From Burkholderiaceae bacterium (GTDB lineage: Bacteria; Pseudomonadota; Gammaproteobacteria; Burkholderiales; Burkholderiaceae_F): DNA of 64,000 bases. Shown here piece by piece: positions 38,937 through 49,692 of the stretch. The notes under the pieces are model-generated. The model did not search any database, was not told the DNA's origin, and saw nothing but the letters and a program-made list of their open reading frames with translations. The position numbers and the translations under genes are program-made. How positions within the stretch are numbered: position 1 is the first letter of the stretch; each line of letters begins with the position of its first letter. The DNA lies in assembly GCA_017646335.1 (NCBI GenBank), contig JAGCMT010000062.1, positions 29,653-93,652 of the forward strand, given 5' to 3'.

Positions 38937-40772
38937 CTATGCCTGTGCTTGCGCCAATTCTTTCTTTTGTTCCAAGAATTCCCATCGAGCGTATTTTTCT
39001 TCCAACTCGCTTTCGATGGCTTGGACTCGATCGCCGTCGGCTTTGATGGCGTCTTGGGATTGCTGGCTGTAATAGTCTGCTTCACTCATTTTGGCAACGA
39101 GATCGTCGCGTTCCTGCTCTAAAGTCATCAAGAGTTCAGGAAGTTCCTCAAGCTCTTTATTCTCTTTATAAGACAGTTTGATTTTTTCTTGCCGCGGCTT
39201 CTTTTGAACCGGTTTCGATTCAACCGGTTCTTCTTTTTTTTCTTTTGCGATCGGTTGCGGGCGATAGCGTAACCAATCGGAATAACCGCCGACATACTCG
39301 CGCCACACGCCGTCTTCTTCCGGTGCCAAAACCTCGGTGACGACGTTATCCAAGAAACGTCGATCATGGCTAACAAGAATCAATGTGCCCGGATACGTTT
39401 GCAAGGTTTGTTCGAGCAATTCCAACGAATCGATATCGAGGTCATTGGTCGGTTCGTCAAGTACCAGCAAGTTAGCCGGCAAGGCAAACAAGCGCGCTAA
39501 AAGCAAGCGATTGCGTTCACCGCCGGAGAGGTTCGAGACGGGAACATTGGCTCGACGCGGCGGGAACAAGAAGTCTGCCAAATAGGACATGACATGCTTT
39601 TTCACGCCACCCACTTCGATCCATTCACTACCCGGCGAAATGGTTTCTGCCACGGTTTTTGTGGGATCCAATTGCGCACGCAACTGATCGAAATAAGCAA
39701 TCTGTAAATTGGTTCCCAGTTTAATCGTGCCGCTATCGGGTTCATTGTTACCCAGAATAAGCGAAATCAAAGTACTCTTACCGACCCCGTTGCGACCGAT
39801 GAGTCCTAAGCGGTCTCCGCGTAAAAGTCGGAAATCCAAGTCCTTGACGATCGTCTTGCTATCGTACTGTTTACTGACCTTTTCAAGCTCGGCAACGATT
39901 TTGCCGCTTCGCATGCCGGCGTCAATATTGAGGTTGATTTGCCCCATGCGGTCTCGACGGGCAGCTCGCTCTTCTCGCAAAGCTTCCAAACGACGAACTC
40001 GACCCTCGTTACGGGTGCGTCGAGCTTCGATACCCTTACGAATCCAGACTTCTTCTTGCGCCCAGAACTTATCGAATTTGCGACGAGCAATCTCTTCGGC
40101 TTCGAGCTCTTCTTCCTTGCGGGCTTCATAAGCCTCGAAATTGCCCGGATAGCTGCGCAAGATGCCGCGATCGAGTTCGATGATACGAGTCGATACCGTG
40201 TCCAAGAAAGCACGGTCGTGAGTAATCACCATTAACGATTTGGAGCCTCGATATTCGGAGACAATCATTTCTTCCAAAATGAGAATGCCCTCGATATCGA
40301 GGTGGTTGGTCGGCTCGTCCAACAAAAGAAGATCGCAAGACAACGAAAGAGCCAATGCTAAGGCTGCTCGCTTTTTTTCACCGCCCGAAGCCTTGGTCGG
40401 ATCGACATCGCCGTCAAGCTTGAAGCGGTGAAGATATTCTTCCAAGCGAGCCACACGTGTCCACTGTTCACGTTCATCAGCGATTTCGGCAAAACGCCCA
40501 CGCAAGGCGAGCGATTCGCGCATAGAGGCGGCCGGTGGCAAAAGCGGCTCTTGCTCAACATAGGCAATGTGTAGGCCATCCAAAACGATGCGAGATCCAT
40601 CGTCGAGCTTTTCAATACCGGCGATGACTTTCAACAGTGAACTTTTGCCCGTGCCGTTTCGGCCGATTACGCCAATACGTTCACCGTCCAAAACGGAAAA
40701 ATTGGCGTGATCAAGTAAGGGCTGATCGCCAAACGCAAGCTCAGCTTCTTGTAACGTCAGCAAGGTCGTCAT
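38937..40772 (-). CDS. uup: ABC-F ATPase Uup
   Basis: Two ABC domains (GRNGTGKS, GRNGVGKS, LDEPTN), QEEVWIRKGIEARRTRNEGRVRRL linker, KLSYKE coiled-coil tail. Confidence 0.95.
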   Translation of the reverse strand: MTTLLTLQEAELAFGDQPLLDHANFSVLDGERIGVIGRNGTGKSSLLKVIAGIEKLDDGSRIVLDGLHIAYVEQEPLLPPAASMRESLALRGRFAEIADEREQWTRVARLEEYLHRFKLDGDVDPTKASGGEKKRAALALALSLSCDLLLLDEPTNHLDIEGILILEEMIVSEYRGSKSLMVITHDRAFLDTVSTRIIELDRGILRSYPGNFEAYEARKEEELEAEEIARRKFDKFWAQEEVWIRKGIEARRTRNEGRVRRLEALREERAARRDRMGQINLNIDAGMRSGKIVAELEKVSKQYDSKTIVKDLDFRLLRGDRLGLIGRNGVGKSTLISLILGNNEPDSGTIKLGTNLQIAYFDQLRAQLDPTKTVAETISPGSEWIEVGGVKKHVMSYLADFLFPPRRANVPVSNLSGGERNRLLLARLFALPANLLVLDEPTNDLDIDSLELLEQTLQTYPGTLILVSHDRRFLDNVVTEVLAPEEDGVWREYVGGYSDWLRYRPQPIAKEKKEEPVESKPVQKKPRQEKIKLSYKENKELEELPELLMTLEQERDDLVAKMSEADYYSQQSQDAIKADGDRVQAIESELEEKYARWEFLEQKKELAQAQA

Positions 40773-42253
40773 TGAACGCTTCCTTGCGGTTTGTCGCTTG
40801 CTTGCTCTTGAGGTTTAGTCTCGACGGGAGCGGTCTGAGCCGTCGGTTCGGACGTCGTAATCGCTACTTCGGTCGAAGCTTCCTGAGGCTGTTCCGTTAC
40901 CTCAGTTTCTTGGCCTTGACGTTGAGCTTGAGCTGCCTTACGAATTTCTTCCAAAATCTCAGGGCTTACCAACGGTTTTTGCAAATGTTCGACGGAACGA
41001 GCCTTGATTTGATTCGAAAGAATCACGGCTGATTGTGCGTGGCGCTCAACAATCGGACTGACATCATGGTTAAAGGACAAATGACCCGTCATACCGAGGA
41101 ATTGAATCGACGTGTTCCAATGTGCCCATTGATCGGCCAGACGATAAGCGTCGACGCCGAATGCAAACAAACGACGTTCCAAAAGGGTCGTCGGCATTTC
41201 CATGCTGAAGCGTTCGAGGAAGTCTTCCTTGTTGTTATGAAGGACTAACGGTGCCTCAACGATGCCAACGTTTTGCATATCGTAAGTCAAAGAAGCGGCC
41301 GTACTTTGAGTCGGATCGCCGGGATTTAACAAACTCGTACCCCAGACGCGAGTCAGTCGCGGTAAACGCGGACGAACCAATGCGGCCGTACGAGCATCCA
41401 TGGCAAGGAACGCGGCGTAGAACGGCGGTTCTTTAAATGCTTGTTGTGCTTTGTATTCTTGCATCAAGCGCTTGTTTTTCAGGCGGATGCGTTGATAGCC
41501 GTAAGGATCTTCAACAGGGTCGGGCAACTCTTCCAATTCCGGCATATCTTCATTGGGGTCAATCTGTTCTTCGTAGAGCTTTTGTTGAGCCAACAATTCC
41601 GGAGTTAAAACGATGCGTTCAAACGGTACTTGTGCCTTTTCGAGCTCTTCGGCGAAGATGTTACCGATGCGCGTCTCTAACGGTGCTTTGGTTTCAAAGA
41701 TTGCAACCTTCGGAGTTTCTCCACGAGAGTCGACTTCGGGCAACGCACCGACGGCAATGCGCACGATATCGCGCGCTTCTTCTTCCTGCGACAAGGAATA
41801 ACTCATCATCAATTCGGGTGCAACAACGTCGCTATACGGAAGATTTAAAGAAACGACCGGTAAAGGTAAGAAATCCAATTGAGCAATCTGATCGACGTCG
41901 TCACGCGTGATCGGGCCAATGGCGACGGCGGCGCCACTTAAGGCGGCATCTTGCAAGTGAGACAAGGCCGATTGACCTTGTTTACGAGGCAACAAAAGGA
42001 TTTTTGCAGGCTTGGAGTTCGTCGAATTGGCAGCAATGACGCCGTTGCTCATGGCTTGAGCAACTTGCGCAAAGGCGCTGTCGCTTGTCGGCAAAAGCAA
42101 TGCGATTGTCAGAGAATTTTGTGCTGCAGCGCCGAAGGGTGCTTGTGCCGTGGCGGCAAAGGGTACTTGCGCTGTTGCACACAAGGACAAGGACGCTAAA
42201 ATAGCAGAGCTAACATAACGAACAATCAAACGGGTATTCACAATGTCATCCAC
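40769..42253 (-). CDS. LpoA/LppC-like penicillin-binding protein activator (divergent; start uncertain)
   Basis: Signal peptide, IALLLP, AIGPITRD, RLFAFGVDAYRLA, GMTGHL; divergent from rsmI as in the usual rsmI/lpoA arrangement. Confidence 0.72.
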   Translation of the reverse strand: MDDIVNTRLIVRYVSSAILASLSLCATAQVPFAATAQAPFGAAAQNSLTIALLLPTSDSAFAQVAQAMSNGVIAANSTNSKPAKILLLPRKQGQSALSHLQDAALSGAAVAIGPITRDDVDQIAQLDFLPLPVVSLNLPYSDVVAPELMMSYSLSQEEEARDIVRIAVGALPEVDSRGETPKVAIFETKAPLETRIGNIFAEELEKAQVPFERIVLTPELLAQQKLYEEQIDPNEDMPELEELPDPVEDPYGYQRIRLKNKRLMQEYKAQQAFKEPPFYAAFLAMDARTAALVRPRLPRLTRVWGTSLLNPGDPTQSTAASLTYDMQNVGIVEAPLVLHNNKEDFLERFSMEMPTTLLERRLFAFGVDAYRLADQWAHWNTSIQFLGMTGHLSFNHDVSPIVERHAQSAVILSNQIKARSVEHLQKPLVSPEILEEIRKAAQAQRQGQETEVTEQPQEASTEVAITTSEPTAQTAPVETKPQEQASDKPQGSVQ

Positions 42254-43145
42254 AGTTAGTCAATGGGCTGATCAACTCCTGATGAAAAAAACGGGAGTCG
42301 ACCTTCAAACTTTTCCTCAAGGTGCTCTTTATATCGTAGGTTTGCCGATTGGCAATGCGGGCGATATTACTCTTCGTGCGCTTTGGATTCTCTCGATTGC
42401 TGATGTCGTGGCAGCAGAAGATACCCGTGAAACGAAAAAATTGTTGGATCGTTACGGCATCGATGTCCCGACGGTATCTGTGCGAGAACACAACGAAGTT
42501 GCACAGGTTAATATGATAATTGAACGGCTGAAAAAGGGGGAGCGAGTGGCCTTAGTTACCGATGCCGGAACGCCTGCCGTTTCCGATCCTGGCGCTCGAG
42601 CCGTTCGCGGTGTGATGGATGCGGGTTTCCGCGTTATTCCGATTCCCGGAGCAAGCGCTGTCGTGACGGCATTGTCCGCGGCCGGTCTTGAGCCGAGCGG
42701 TTTCCATTTTTACGGCTTTTTGCCGCCGCAATCAAAGGCTCGTCAGCAAGCATTGATGCAATTGGCTGCTCGTCAGGAAAGTTTTGTTTTGTACGAAGCA
42801 CCGCACCGAATTGTCGATGTTTTGAAAGACATGGGCAAGGTGTTGAGCCCAGAACGTCGTGTCGTTGTCGCTCGCGAAATTACCAAAAAGTTTGAAACGT
42901 TTACGGCTGTTTTGGCCAAGGATTTGGTGGATTGGGCCAAGGAGCATGACCCGCGTGGCGAGTATGTGATTTTGGTTGATGAAGAGCCCGCTGCATCGCA
43001 AGACGGGCTCTCGGAACAGGATCAAGCGTGGGTATTAGCTATCGCCAAGGAATTGCCGACGAGTAAAGCGGCAGCCGTTGCCGCAAAGGTCACCGGTATG
43101 AAGCGCGATGCGATTTACCAATGGCTTTTAGCACAAAAGCATTAA
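42243..43145 (+). CDS. rsmI: 16S rRNA Cm1402 2'-O-methyltransferase
   Basis: [49 protein letters not shown]. Confidence 0.95.
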   Translation: MSSTVSQWADQLLMKKTGVDLQTFPQGALYIVGLPIGNAGDITLRALWILSIADVVAAEDTRETKKLLDRYGIDVPTVSVREHNEVAQVNMIIERLKKGERVALVTDAGTPAVSDPGARAVRGVMDAGFRVIPIPGASAVVTALSAAGLEPSGFHFYGFLPPQSKARQQALMQLAARQESFVLYEAPHRIVDVLKDMGKVLSPERRVVVAREITKKFETFTAVLAKDLVDWAKEHDPRGEYVILVDEEPAASQDGLSEQDQAWVLAIAKELPTSKAAAVAAKVTGMKRDAIYQWLLAQKH

Positions 43146-44029
43146 TCTTCGGCGTCATCCTCTTTTAACGCATCCGGGATAAGGGCATTGAAATCATAGA
43201 TGCCCTTGTCCATCAAATGGGACGGAGCGACACGTGTCATACTCATCATGATGTTGTAGATGCGGCTGTCGTAGTCGCGGTCCCACTCTCGAATCAACGC
43301 TTTGATTTCCGCGCGCTTTTTGTTTTCAATTTTTCGACAAATGTCTTTGGAAACAATCGGATAGTCTCGGTATTGGACCCAGCGCTCCACTTCGTATTCA
43401 CGGACATAAGCCAACGGACGAATAATCACATTTTGTCCGTCGTCGCTTCGAAGAATCGGAGGCATGCCTTTGAGACGGCCGCCGTAGAACATATTTAACA
43501 ACAACGTGCTGACGATGTCGTCCATATGGTGGCCGAGTGCAATCTTGGTGACGCCCAGTTCTTTGGCGACACGGTAGATAATGCCGCGACGAAGGCGAGA
43601 ACAGACCGAGCAGACGTTGCGACCCTCCGGAATTACACGTTGAACGATCGACCACGTGTCTTGATCTTCAATGTGGTATGCCACGCCGAGCTCTTTGAGG
43701 TAGTTGGGAATGACCTCTTTCGGGAAGCCCGGTAAATGTTGGTCAACGTTAACGGCAATGAGCTCAAAGTGAATGGGGGCTCGTTGTTGCAATTTACGTA
43801 AGACATCCAGCAAAACGTAACTGTCTTTACCACCGGACATGCAGACCATAACACGATCGCCTTCTTCGATCATGTTGAAGTCTTCAATCGCTTTACCGGC
43901 TAAACGCATAATGCGCTTTTCGTTTTTCTTCTCAGCAACCGATTTCTTACGTTTGCCTTCAGAGGCATTTTCCGTCGATTGTTTCGGAATGTCTTCTTCG
44001 GGGACGATGGGAATAATTTTGTCAGTCAT
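43142..44029 (-). CDS. ttcA: tRNA 2-thiocytidine(32) synthetase
   Basis: PP-loop [36 protein letters not shown]. Confidence 0.95.
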   Translation of the reverse strand: MTDKIIPIVPEEDIPKQSTENASEGKRKKSVAEKKNEKRIMRLAGKAIEDFNMIEEGDRVMVCMSGGKDSYVLLDVLRKLQQRAPIHFELIAVNVDQHLPGFPKEVIPNYLKELGVAYHIEDQDTWSIVQRVIPEGRNVCSVCSRLRRGIIYRVAKELGVTKIALGHHMDDIVSTLLLNMFYGGRLKGMPPILRSDDGQNVIIRPLAYVREYEVERWVQYRDYPIVSKDICRKIENKKRAEIKALIREWDRDYDSRIYNIMMSMTRVAPSHLMDKGIYDFNALIPDALKEDDAED

Positions 44030-44406
44030 TATTTTTCTCGAAAAATTTCGATGCCGGCACTACGAATGCTGGGATAGGCTTGAGTTTTTTCGCTTCGGAC
44101 CAAGACGGCCTGGACGGCTTGGTGCGTTAATAAATCGTTGGCGATACGTTCAATGACGGTTTCTTGTAAGTCGATATGACCGGAGCCAATAACACGATCA
44201 ACCGCATCAACGACCAAATCGTAATTGTAGGCATTGGCGATGTCGTCATTTTCGTTTGAAGTATTCACAAATACCTCAATATTAAATACCACCGTTTGCG
44301 GGGCAAGTCGTTCGTGATCATAAGCGCCGATACGAACTTGGCGTTCGATATCACGAAGCATAATGCGTCGACAATGTTTAAGTTTTTGATCTAAATACCA
44401 AGTCAT
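44029..44406 (-). CDS. folB: Dihydroneopterin aldolase
   Basis: IGAYDHE...Q, YNYD, HIDLQET, EK..AYP. Confidence 0.85.
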   Translation of the reverse strand: MTWYLDQKLKHCRRIMLRDIERQVRIGAYDHERLAPQTVVFNIEVFVNTSNENDDIANAYNYDLVVDAVDRVIGSGHIDLQETVIERIANDLLTHQAVQAVLVRSEKTQAYPSIRSAGIEIFREK

Positions 44407-45494
44407 AACACTTCCTTGATAACTTGTAAGCGCGCTTGTCGGATGGCTGCAGGAATTTTCGACTTATCGTTTTGTGATCGAGCGATTAAGCCTGCATTGA
44501 TTCGAGAAAGATGTTTTTCCATCATAAGCCAAGAATCAATGTTGATATTGTCCAATATTTTCAATGCGTTAAGCAGCGATTCGAAACGTTGCGGGCGGCG
44601 TAGAACATCACATTTTTCTACTACGTCGAGAATACTTTCAGGGTCTTTTGCGCTCAAAATTGCACTTCGGTTTCGATGGGTTAGATAAACCAAATCCGTC
44701 ACTTCGGCCGGGCTGCGAAGAGCTTGGAAGAAATGATCTAAGGCCTCTCGATCGGGGGCATCCCCGAGTAAAACGGCAAATCGCTCAGAAAGACTACAGC
44801 CTCGTTTCGCACTCTCATCGAGACGATGTAGAACTTCTCGGGTCAAAATGATTGAGGGGAACAAACGAAACCACAGCCCGCAACGAGACAAAATGTCGAG
44901 CATCAGTGAGGGACGATTTTCCATCAAGCCTTTGCGGAATTCTTGGAACACACGTTCGGCTACAAGCGCATCGGCTTCGCCGTCATGGACCATCTCTTGC
45001 ATCAATGCCATTGTTTCTTGAGCGACCGTAAACTGCGGAAAGCGAGCATTGAATCGTGCGACACGAAGGATTCGAACCGGATCTTCTTTAAATGCGAGAG
45101 AAACATGGCGAAGTTGGCATCGTCGAATATCTTCAAGACCACCATACGGATCGAACAATTGACCGTCAGCCATAGCCATCGCATTGATCGTTAAATCGCG
45201 ACGGGAGAGGTCCTCTTCTAAAGTGACAGTGGCTGCCGTGTTGAATTCAAATCCGTGGTAGCCCGGTGCCACTTTGCGTTCGAGGCGAGCTAACGCATAT
45301 TCTTCGTGTGTTTTCGGATGTAAGAATACGGGGAAGTCTTTTCCGACCGATTGGTAACCCTCACGAAGCATTTCTTCGGGGGTGGCGCCGACAACGACCC
45401 AATCCCGATCGCCTTCAGGCAAATCGAGATGATGAATTTCTCGCAAATAGTGATCGCGGACCCAGCCGCCGACGCTGTAAATTTTTTTCATCAA
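44403..45494 (-). CDS. cca: CCA-adding tRNA nucleotidyltransferase (short form, no HD domain)
   Basis: YSVGGWVRD, DRDWVVVG, EEYALARLERK, DLSRRDLTINAMA, FKEDPVRILRVARF, ERVFQE. Confidence 0.92.
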   Translation of the reverse strand: MMKKIYSVGGWVRDHYLREIHHLDLPEGDRDWVVVGATPEEMLREGYQSVGKDFPVFLHPKTHEEYALARLERKVAPGYHGFEFNTAATVTLEEDLSRRDLTINAMAMADGQLFDPYGGLEDIRRCQLRHVSLAFKEDPVRILRVARFNARFPQFTVAQETMALMQEMVHDGEADALVAERVFQEFRKGLMENRPSLMLDILSRCGLWFRLFPSIILTREVLHRLDESAKRGCSLSERFAVLLGDAPDREALDHFFQALRSPAEVTDLVYLTHRNRSAILSAKDPESILDVVEKCDVLRRPQRFESLLNALKILDNINIDSWLMMEKHLSRINAGLIARSQNDKSKIPAAIRQARLQVIKEVL

Positions 45495-47590
45495 ATCGTA
45501 TCTTTACTGGTAACGGGTTTAGGAGCAATCGTTCCTAAAATTTTCTTTAATGAACCGATCGCTTCTCCGGAGGTTTGAGAGTATTCAATCGTGTTGGCTA
45601 ACACGTTTTGTACGTAAGTTCGCGTTTCATTAAAGGGAATCGTTTCAACGAAAATGGCGCCTTCAACGGTTTTTGCTAGCGATGCTCGCCACGTAAACGA
45701 TCGATGCGGACCGGCGTTATAACCGGCCGTTGCCAAAACGATGTTGTCATCGAGTCGATCCAACAATAGGCGTAAATACGCCGTTCCTAAATGAAGGTTG
45801 GTATCAACGTCGTAGATACGTTCGGCATCGTAATCATCCATCGCAATCTTATTGGCAACCCACTGCGCGGTCGTCGGCATGATTTGCATCAGACCATTGG
45901 CACCGACCGTTGAACGGGCGGTCACGATGAAGCGCGATTCTTGTCGAATTAAGCCGTAGACCCAGTCTTTGGAGATTTGGGCTTGTTGGCTGTAACGCTC
46001 AATCAAAGGCAGATACGGTCTTGGGTACAAGAGCTCATGAGCGACGGGTAAAGAGCGAACTCTTTCTGCCGTGTTGATCATACGATGCAAAAGGGCCTTA
46101 TCTTTAGCCCAATGAGCCATTGTGAGTAAATCTTTTGCCTCTTTGCCTCGTAGCTGCCAATTCCATTCCCGATGGCCGAAATTGTTCATCCCTAAGTCAT
46201 AAAAGGCCTGTGCACGTTTTAAACCGATGTTGTTGTCGAGGGCCTTAATACGAGCAGTATCGATTTTTTCGGAAGCTCGAGGGCTGTAAAGAATGCTCTT
46301 TCCGAGCTCTTCTGCGGCCAATTTTCCGTAAAAGGAACGAACGTCGGGAATTTGTTTCCACAACTGCTCGGCTTTTTGCTTTTGGCCGAGTTTGGCCAGT
46401 GCGCGACCTCGCCAATAAATCCAATTGGGTTGGATTGATAAGGTTTTCGGCATGGCTTTGATGAGGCCGTCAAGGGTTTTCCAACGCTCTTCACGCAAAG
46501 CTGTACGTGCGCGCCATTCGATGCAACGATTCGAGTTGATGGAGTAAACGCCCGAACAGACATTGGGACCGCCTTTCGCGTACCAAGAGAGTGTTTCGGG
46601 CAAATGGTCAAGTGCGGCGACATAACCGATACGCCCCCAAACGGAAGCCCGTTCTGAAGAGGTCAAGCGCGGTTGTAATGCTTGTGCAACATGAGCGGCT
46701 TGTTTGATATTCGTGCGAGACAGACGATAAAGGCCGATTAAGGCAACACGTTTGTCTCGTTTGGCGGCATTTTTGCCATAGCGGTTGTACCACTTGGCGG
46801 TTTGATTTAATGCCATTCGGGCTTCTTTGATTGGGAAGCCACGTTGCTTTTGTAGCGTAGCCAACACCGTGTTGGCGCGATTGATCCGGTTTTGTTCAAT
46901 TAAAGTTAAAAGCAACGGAAAGGCACTCGAGGGGACGCGACGAGTCATCGTTTGAGCGGCTTTTTGACAGACGGCCAAGTCCCCGATTTGTGCATTTTTG
47001 AATAGGCGCTGAGCTTCTGCGACCAATTCGGGAAGCTCTTTTTTCTTGGCCTTTTCTAAACGATGATAGATATCCCAGCAACGGAAAATGGGCTCATCGG
47101 CATTCCACACCAGCGCCTTTCGTTGTTTCTGGAATTCTTTCCAACGATTTTCTTCAAAAAGCACGGGTGCAGTACTTGCAAGCCAATCCGTACGGAAACG
47201 CTCTTCAATGTATTCACCCTGATGAGTCTTTAAAAACTCATCGTGCTTGGTTTTTAAGTTGGCATTCAAAAAGCCGAGATTGGCTTGAGTGATCAAAGAC
47301 CAATTGGTGACATAACTTTCGAGGGTATGGCCGCTAAGGCGAGTTTCCAAAGCCGCTAAGCGTCCTAAATCTTGTTGGTGAAAGGCCAGTTGCGCCATCA
47401 TGAGCTTTTCCTCATCGGTGGCGGAATCTACGGCACTGATTGATCGATTGTTTTCGTCGATATGAATGAAAGGGGCAAACTCGATATCGTTTCCAACGGT
47501 CGACAAGTTAGATTGGCCCGCAGCTTGGGTGCAGGCCAACATCAACAGCAATAATGAGAGGGAAACGGGTTTAAACTTCATGGATATCAC
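45491..47590 (-). CDS. slt: Soluble lytic murein transglycosylase (Slt70-like)
   Basis: IRQESRF, GANGLMQIMPTTA, AGYNAGP, IPFNETRTYVQNV. Confidence 0.92.
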   Translation of the reverse strand: MISMKFKPVSLSLLLLMLACTQAAGQSNLSTVGNDIEFAPFIHIDENNRSISAVDSATDEEKLMMAQLAFHQQDLGRLAALETRLSGHTLESYVTNWSLITQANLGFLNANLKTKHDEFLKTHQGEYIEERFRTDWLASTAPVLFEENRWKEFQKQRKALVWNADEPIFRCWDIYHRLEKAKKKELPELVAEAQRLFKNAQIGDLAVCQKAAQTMTRRVPSSAFPLLLTLIEQNRINRANTVLATLQKQRGFPIKEARMALNQTAKWYNRYGKNAAKRDKRVALIGLYRLSRTNIKQAAHVAQALQPRLTSSERASVWGRIGYVAALDHLPETLSWYAKGGPNVCSGVYSINSNRCIEWRARTALREERWKTLDGLIKAMPKTLSIQPNWIYWRGRALAKLGQKQKAEQLWKQIPDVRSFYGKLAAEELGKSILYSPRASEKIDTARIKALDNNIGLKRAQAFYDLGMNNFGHREWNWQLRGKEAKDLLTMAHWAKDKALLHRMINTAERVRSLPVAHELLYPRPYLPLIERYSQQAQISKDWVYGLIRQESRFIVTARSTVGANGLMQIMPTTAQWVANKIAMDDYDAERIYDVDTNLHLGTAYLRLLLDRLDDNIVLATAGYNAGPHRSFTWRASLAKTVEGAIFVETIPFNETRTYVQNVLANTIEYSQTSGEAIGSLKKILGTIAPKPVTSKDTI

Positions 47591-47623
47591 TTTAGCGAAA
47601 AAAAACTTTTTACGCTGACTCTC

Positions 47624-48163
47624 ATGGACAAAAAGGCGTTACGAAAACATTTCATTCAATGTCGACAAGCTCGATCATGGTCGAAAGAGCAAGCGGCAAT
47701 TGCCGAGCAGTTGCAGTTGTATTTCCAAACTCATCGTTATTCGTGCGTTGGTTTGTATTGGCCGATCAAAGGAGAAATCGATCCTCGAGCGACAATGCAA
47801 AAGATGCAAGCTCAAGGCTTGGTCGGCTTGTTAGCGCTACCGAGATTGTGTGATCAAGAAATGCAGTTTTTTGTTTGGGATTCGACAACCGTGATGGAAC
47901 AAAACGCCTATGGATTAACCGAACCAGAAGCCAAGCGTGAAATTGAGCCCGATCTTTTGTTGGTGCCTTGTGTGGCACTGTGTCATGACGGGGTTCGATT
48001 GGGCTATGGCGGAGGCTATTTCGATCGTTATTTAAAGCAGCATCCGCGAGTGAGAACGGTTGGCATATTGGTAGAGGCGTTTCTTTGCGAAAGCTTGCCG
48101 ATGGAGGTCCATGATCGTCAACTCGATGCATGGATTACGGAAAAAGGCCTGTTCGAACGATAA
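47624..48163 (+). CDS. ygfA: 5-formyltetrahydrofolate cyclo-ligase
   Basis: YWPIKGE, LLLVPCV, RLGYGGGYFDRYL, HD..LD.WITE. Confidence 0.92.
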   Translation: MDKKALRKHFIQCRQARSWSKEQAAIAEQLQLYFQTHRYSCVGLYWPIKGEIDPRATMQKMQAQGLVGLLALPRLCDQEMQFFVWDSTTVMEQNAYGLTEPEAKREIEPDLLLVPCVALCHDGVRLGYGGGYFDRYLKQHPRVRTVGILVEAFLCESLPMEVHDRQLDAWITEKGLFER

Positions 48164-48200
48164 AAATACCCCGTCGGTAGGCGGTCTACCAGACGGGGTA
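48163..48200. terminator. Terminator between convergent ygfA and trpS
   Basis: ATACCCCGTC(GGTAG...CTACC)AGACGGGGTAT hairpin with a flanking A-run. Confidence 0.7.
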
Positions 48201-48228
48201 TAGTTCATTGGATTGTTGCTACGAAATT

Positions 48229-49590
48229 TTATTTTTCTTCTTTTTTCGCGGCGGCCTCAATCAAGGCATTCAAAGCAGCTTCCACTTCAGCCAATTCGGT
48301 TTGTTCAACCAAATAGGCCGTCTTCGGAGCCTCTTCTTGCGTAGCCGTGATGCGGATGATCGACGGATCGGCAGCAAGCGCATCCTTCTTGAGAGCGGCG
48401 ATCGCCATACCGGCATCACGACCACTATCAAATGCAACGCTTTGCAGCAAGACACGACCGCCGGCCGTCGTCAACTTGAAATAGAACTTACCGTCTTTTT
48501 CGCGATATTGCTTAAAGAGAGGCAATTGAATCTTTTTCTTTTCTTCACCCTTCGTTTCGGTTTGACCGAAAATAGCAAAGTCGCGTAAGCCGACAGCCTT
48601 CGTCACTTGTTGCATGAACGGGATGGCAATGGCACGAGCTTTCTTGGCGCCTTCTTGCAAGATTTCTTCGATCTTAGCCGGGTTGCTCATCAACTCTTCG
48701 TAACGTTGACGCATCGGACCGATTTCGGATTCGATCTTGTCGAACAATTCTTGCTTGGCTTCGCCCCAACCGAGACCCGCAATCAAGCGAGCACGGAAAG
48801 CATCGGCTTCTTCTTGCGTGGAGAATGCTTCGTAGATTGCCGTCAAAGACGTCGAATCCGGGTCCTTGGGTTCGCCCGGCAAGCGGCTGTCGGTCGTAAT
48901 CGAGAAGATAGCTTCCTTGATTGCCTTGGGACCGCCTTCAAATAACGGAATAACGTTGTTGTAGCTCTTACTCATCTTGCGGCCGTCTAAGCCGGGAAGC
49001 ACCTCGTGCGTCGTGTCGACAACGGCTTCAGGCATCACGAAGAAGGGCTTGTCAGCCGGAGCATACAAGAAGTTAAAACGCGTAGCTACGTCACGGGCCA
49101 TTTCCAAATGTTGGATTTGATCCTTGCCAACCGGCACCTTGTGTGCATTGAAGATCAAGATATCGGCTGCCATCAAAATCGGGTAGCAATACAAGCCCAT
49201 GGAAATGCCGGCATCCGGATCTTCCTTGTTTTCAACGTTGGCGTCCAAGGCTGCCTTATAAGCATGAGCTCGGTTCATTTGGCCCTTGGAAGTACAACAC
49301 GTCAAGATCCAATTCAAAAGCGGGATTTCGGGGATGTCGCTTTGGCGGTAGAAAACCACGCGATTCGGATCAAGGCCGGCAGCTAACCACGTAGCGGCGA
49401 TTTGCAAGCGGGAGCGTTCGATACGATCCGGATCTTGGCACTTGATCAATGCATGCAAGTCGGCCATAAAGAAGAAGCTTTCCGTGTCAGCGTTGCGGCT
49501 GGCGGCAATGGCCGGGCGAATCGCACCGACGTAGTTACCGATATGCAACGTACCGGTGGTGTTGATACCGGTTAATACGCGAGTAGTCAT
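48229..49590 (-). CDS. trpS: Tryptophan-tRNA ligase with C-terminal extension
   Basis: TGTLHIGNY (HIGH-like), YPILMAADIL, VPVGKDQ, KMSKS. Confidence 0.96.
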   Translation of the reverse strand: MTTRVLTGINTTGTLHIGNYVGAIRPAIAASRNADTESFFFMADLHALIKCQDPDRIERSRLQIAATWLAAGLDPNRVVFYRQSDIPEIPLLNWILTCCTSKGQMNRAHAYKAALDANVENKEDPDAGISMGLYCYPILMAADILIFNAHKVPVGKDQIQHLEMARDVATRFNFLYAPADKPFFVMPEAVVDTTHEVLPGLDGRKMSKSYNNVIPLFEGGPKAIKEAIFSITTDSRLPGEPKDPDSTSLTAIYEAFSTQEEADAFRARLIAGLGWGEAKQELFDKIESEIGPMRQRYEELMSNPAKIEEILQEGAKKARAIAIPFMQQVTKAVGLRDFAIFGQTETKGEEKKKIQLPLFKQYREKDGKFYFKLTTAGGRVLLQSVAFDSGRDAGMAIAALKKDALAADPSIIRITATQEEAPKTAYLVEQTELAEVEAALNALIEAAAKKEEK

Positions 49591-49634
49591 GTTTTTTTTA
49601 CCCTAAATTCAATTCGAACTGGTTAATCGTAAAG

Positions 49635-49666
49635 AGAAAGCGCCGACTTTTCAATCGGCGCTTTCA
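49635..49666 (-). terminator. Terminator after metK
   Basis: GAAAGCGCCGA...TCGGCGCTTTC. Confidence 0.75.
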
Positions 49667-49692
49667 ATTCTTTGACGGTTGTCTAAGCAGTA

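Noticed and set aside
44403-45494. CCA enzyme lacking the HD domain as a novelty
   Set aside because: Short HD-less CCA-adding enzymes are well known in Proteobacteria.
47590-47624. 6S RNA upstream of ygfA
   Set aside because: Only about 30 bp separate the divergent slt and ygfA starts, leaving no room.
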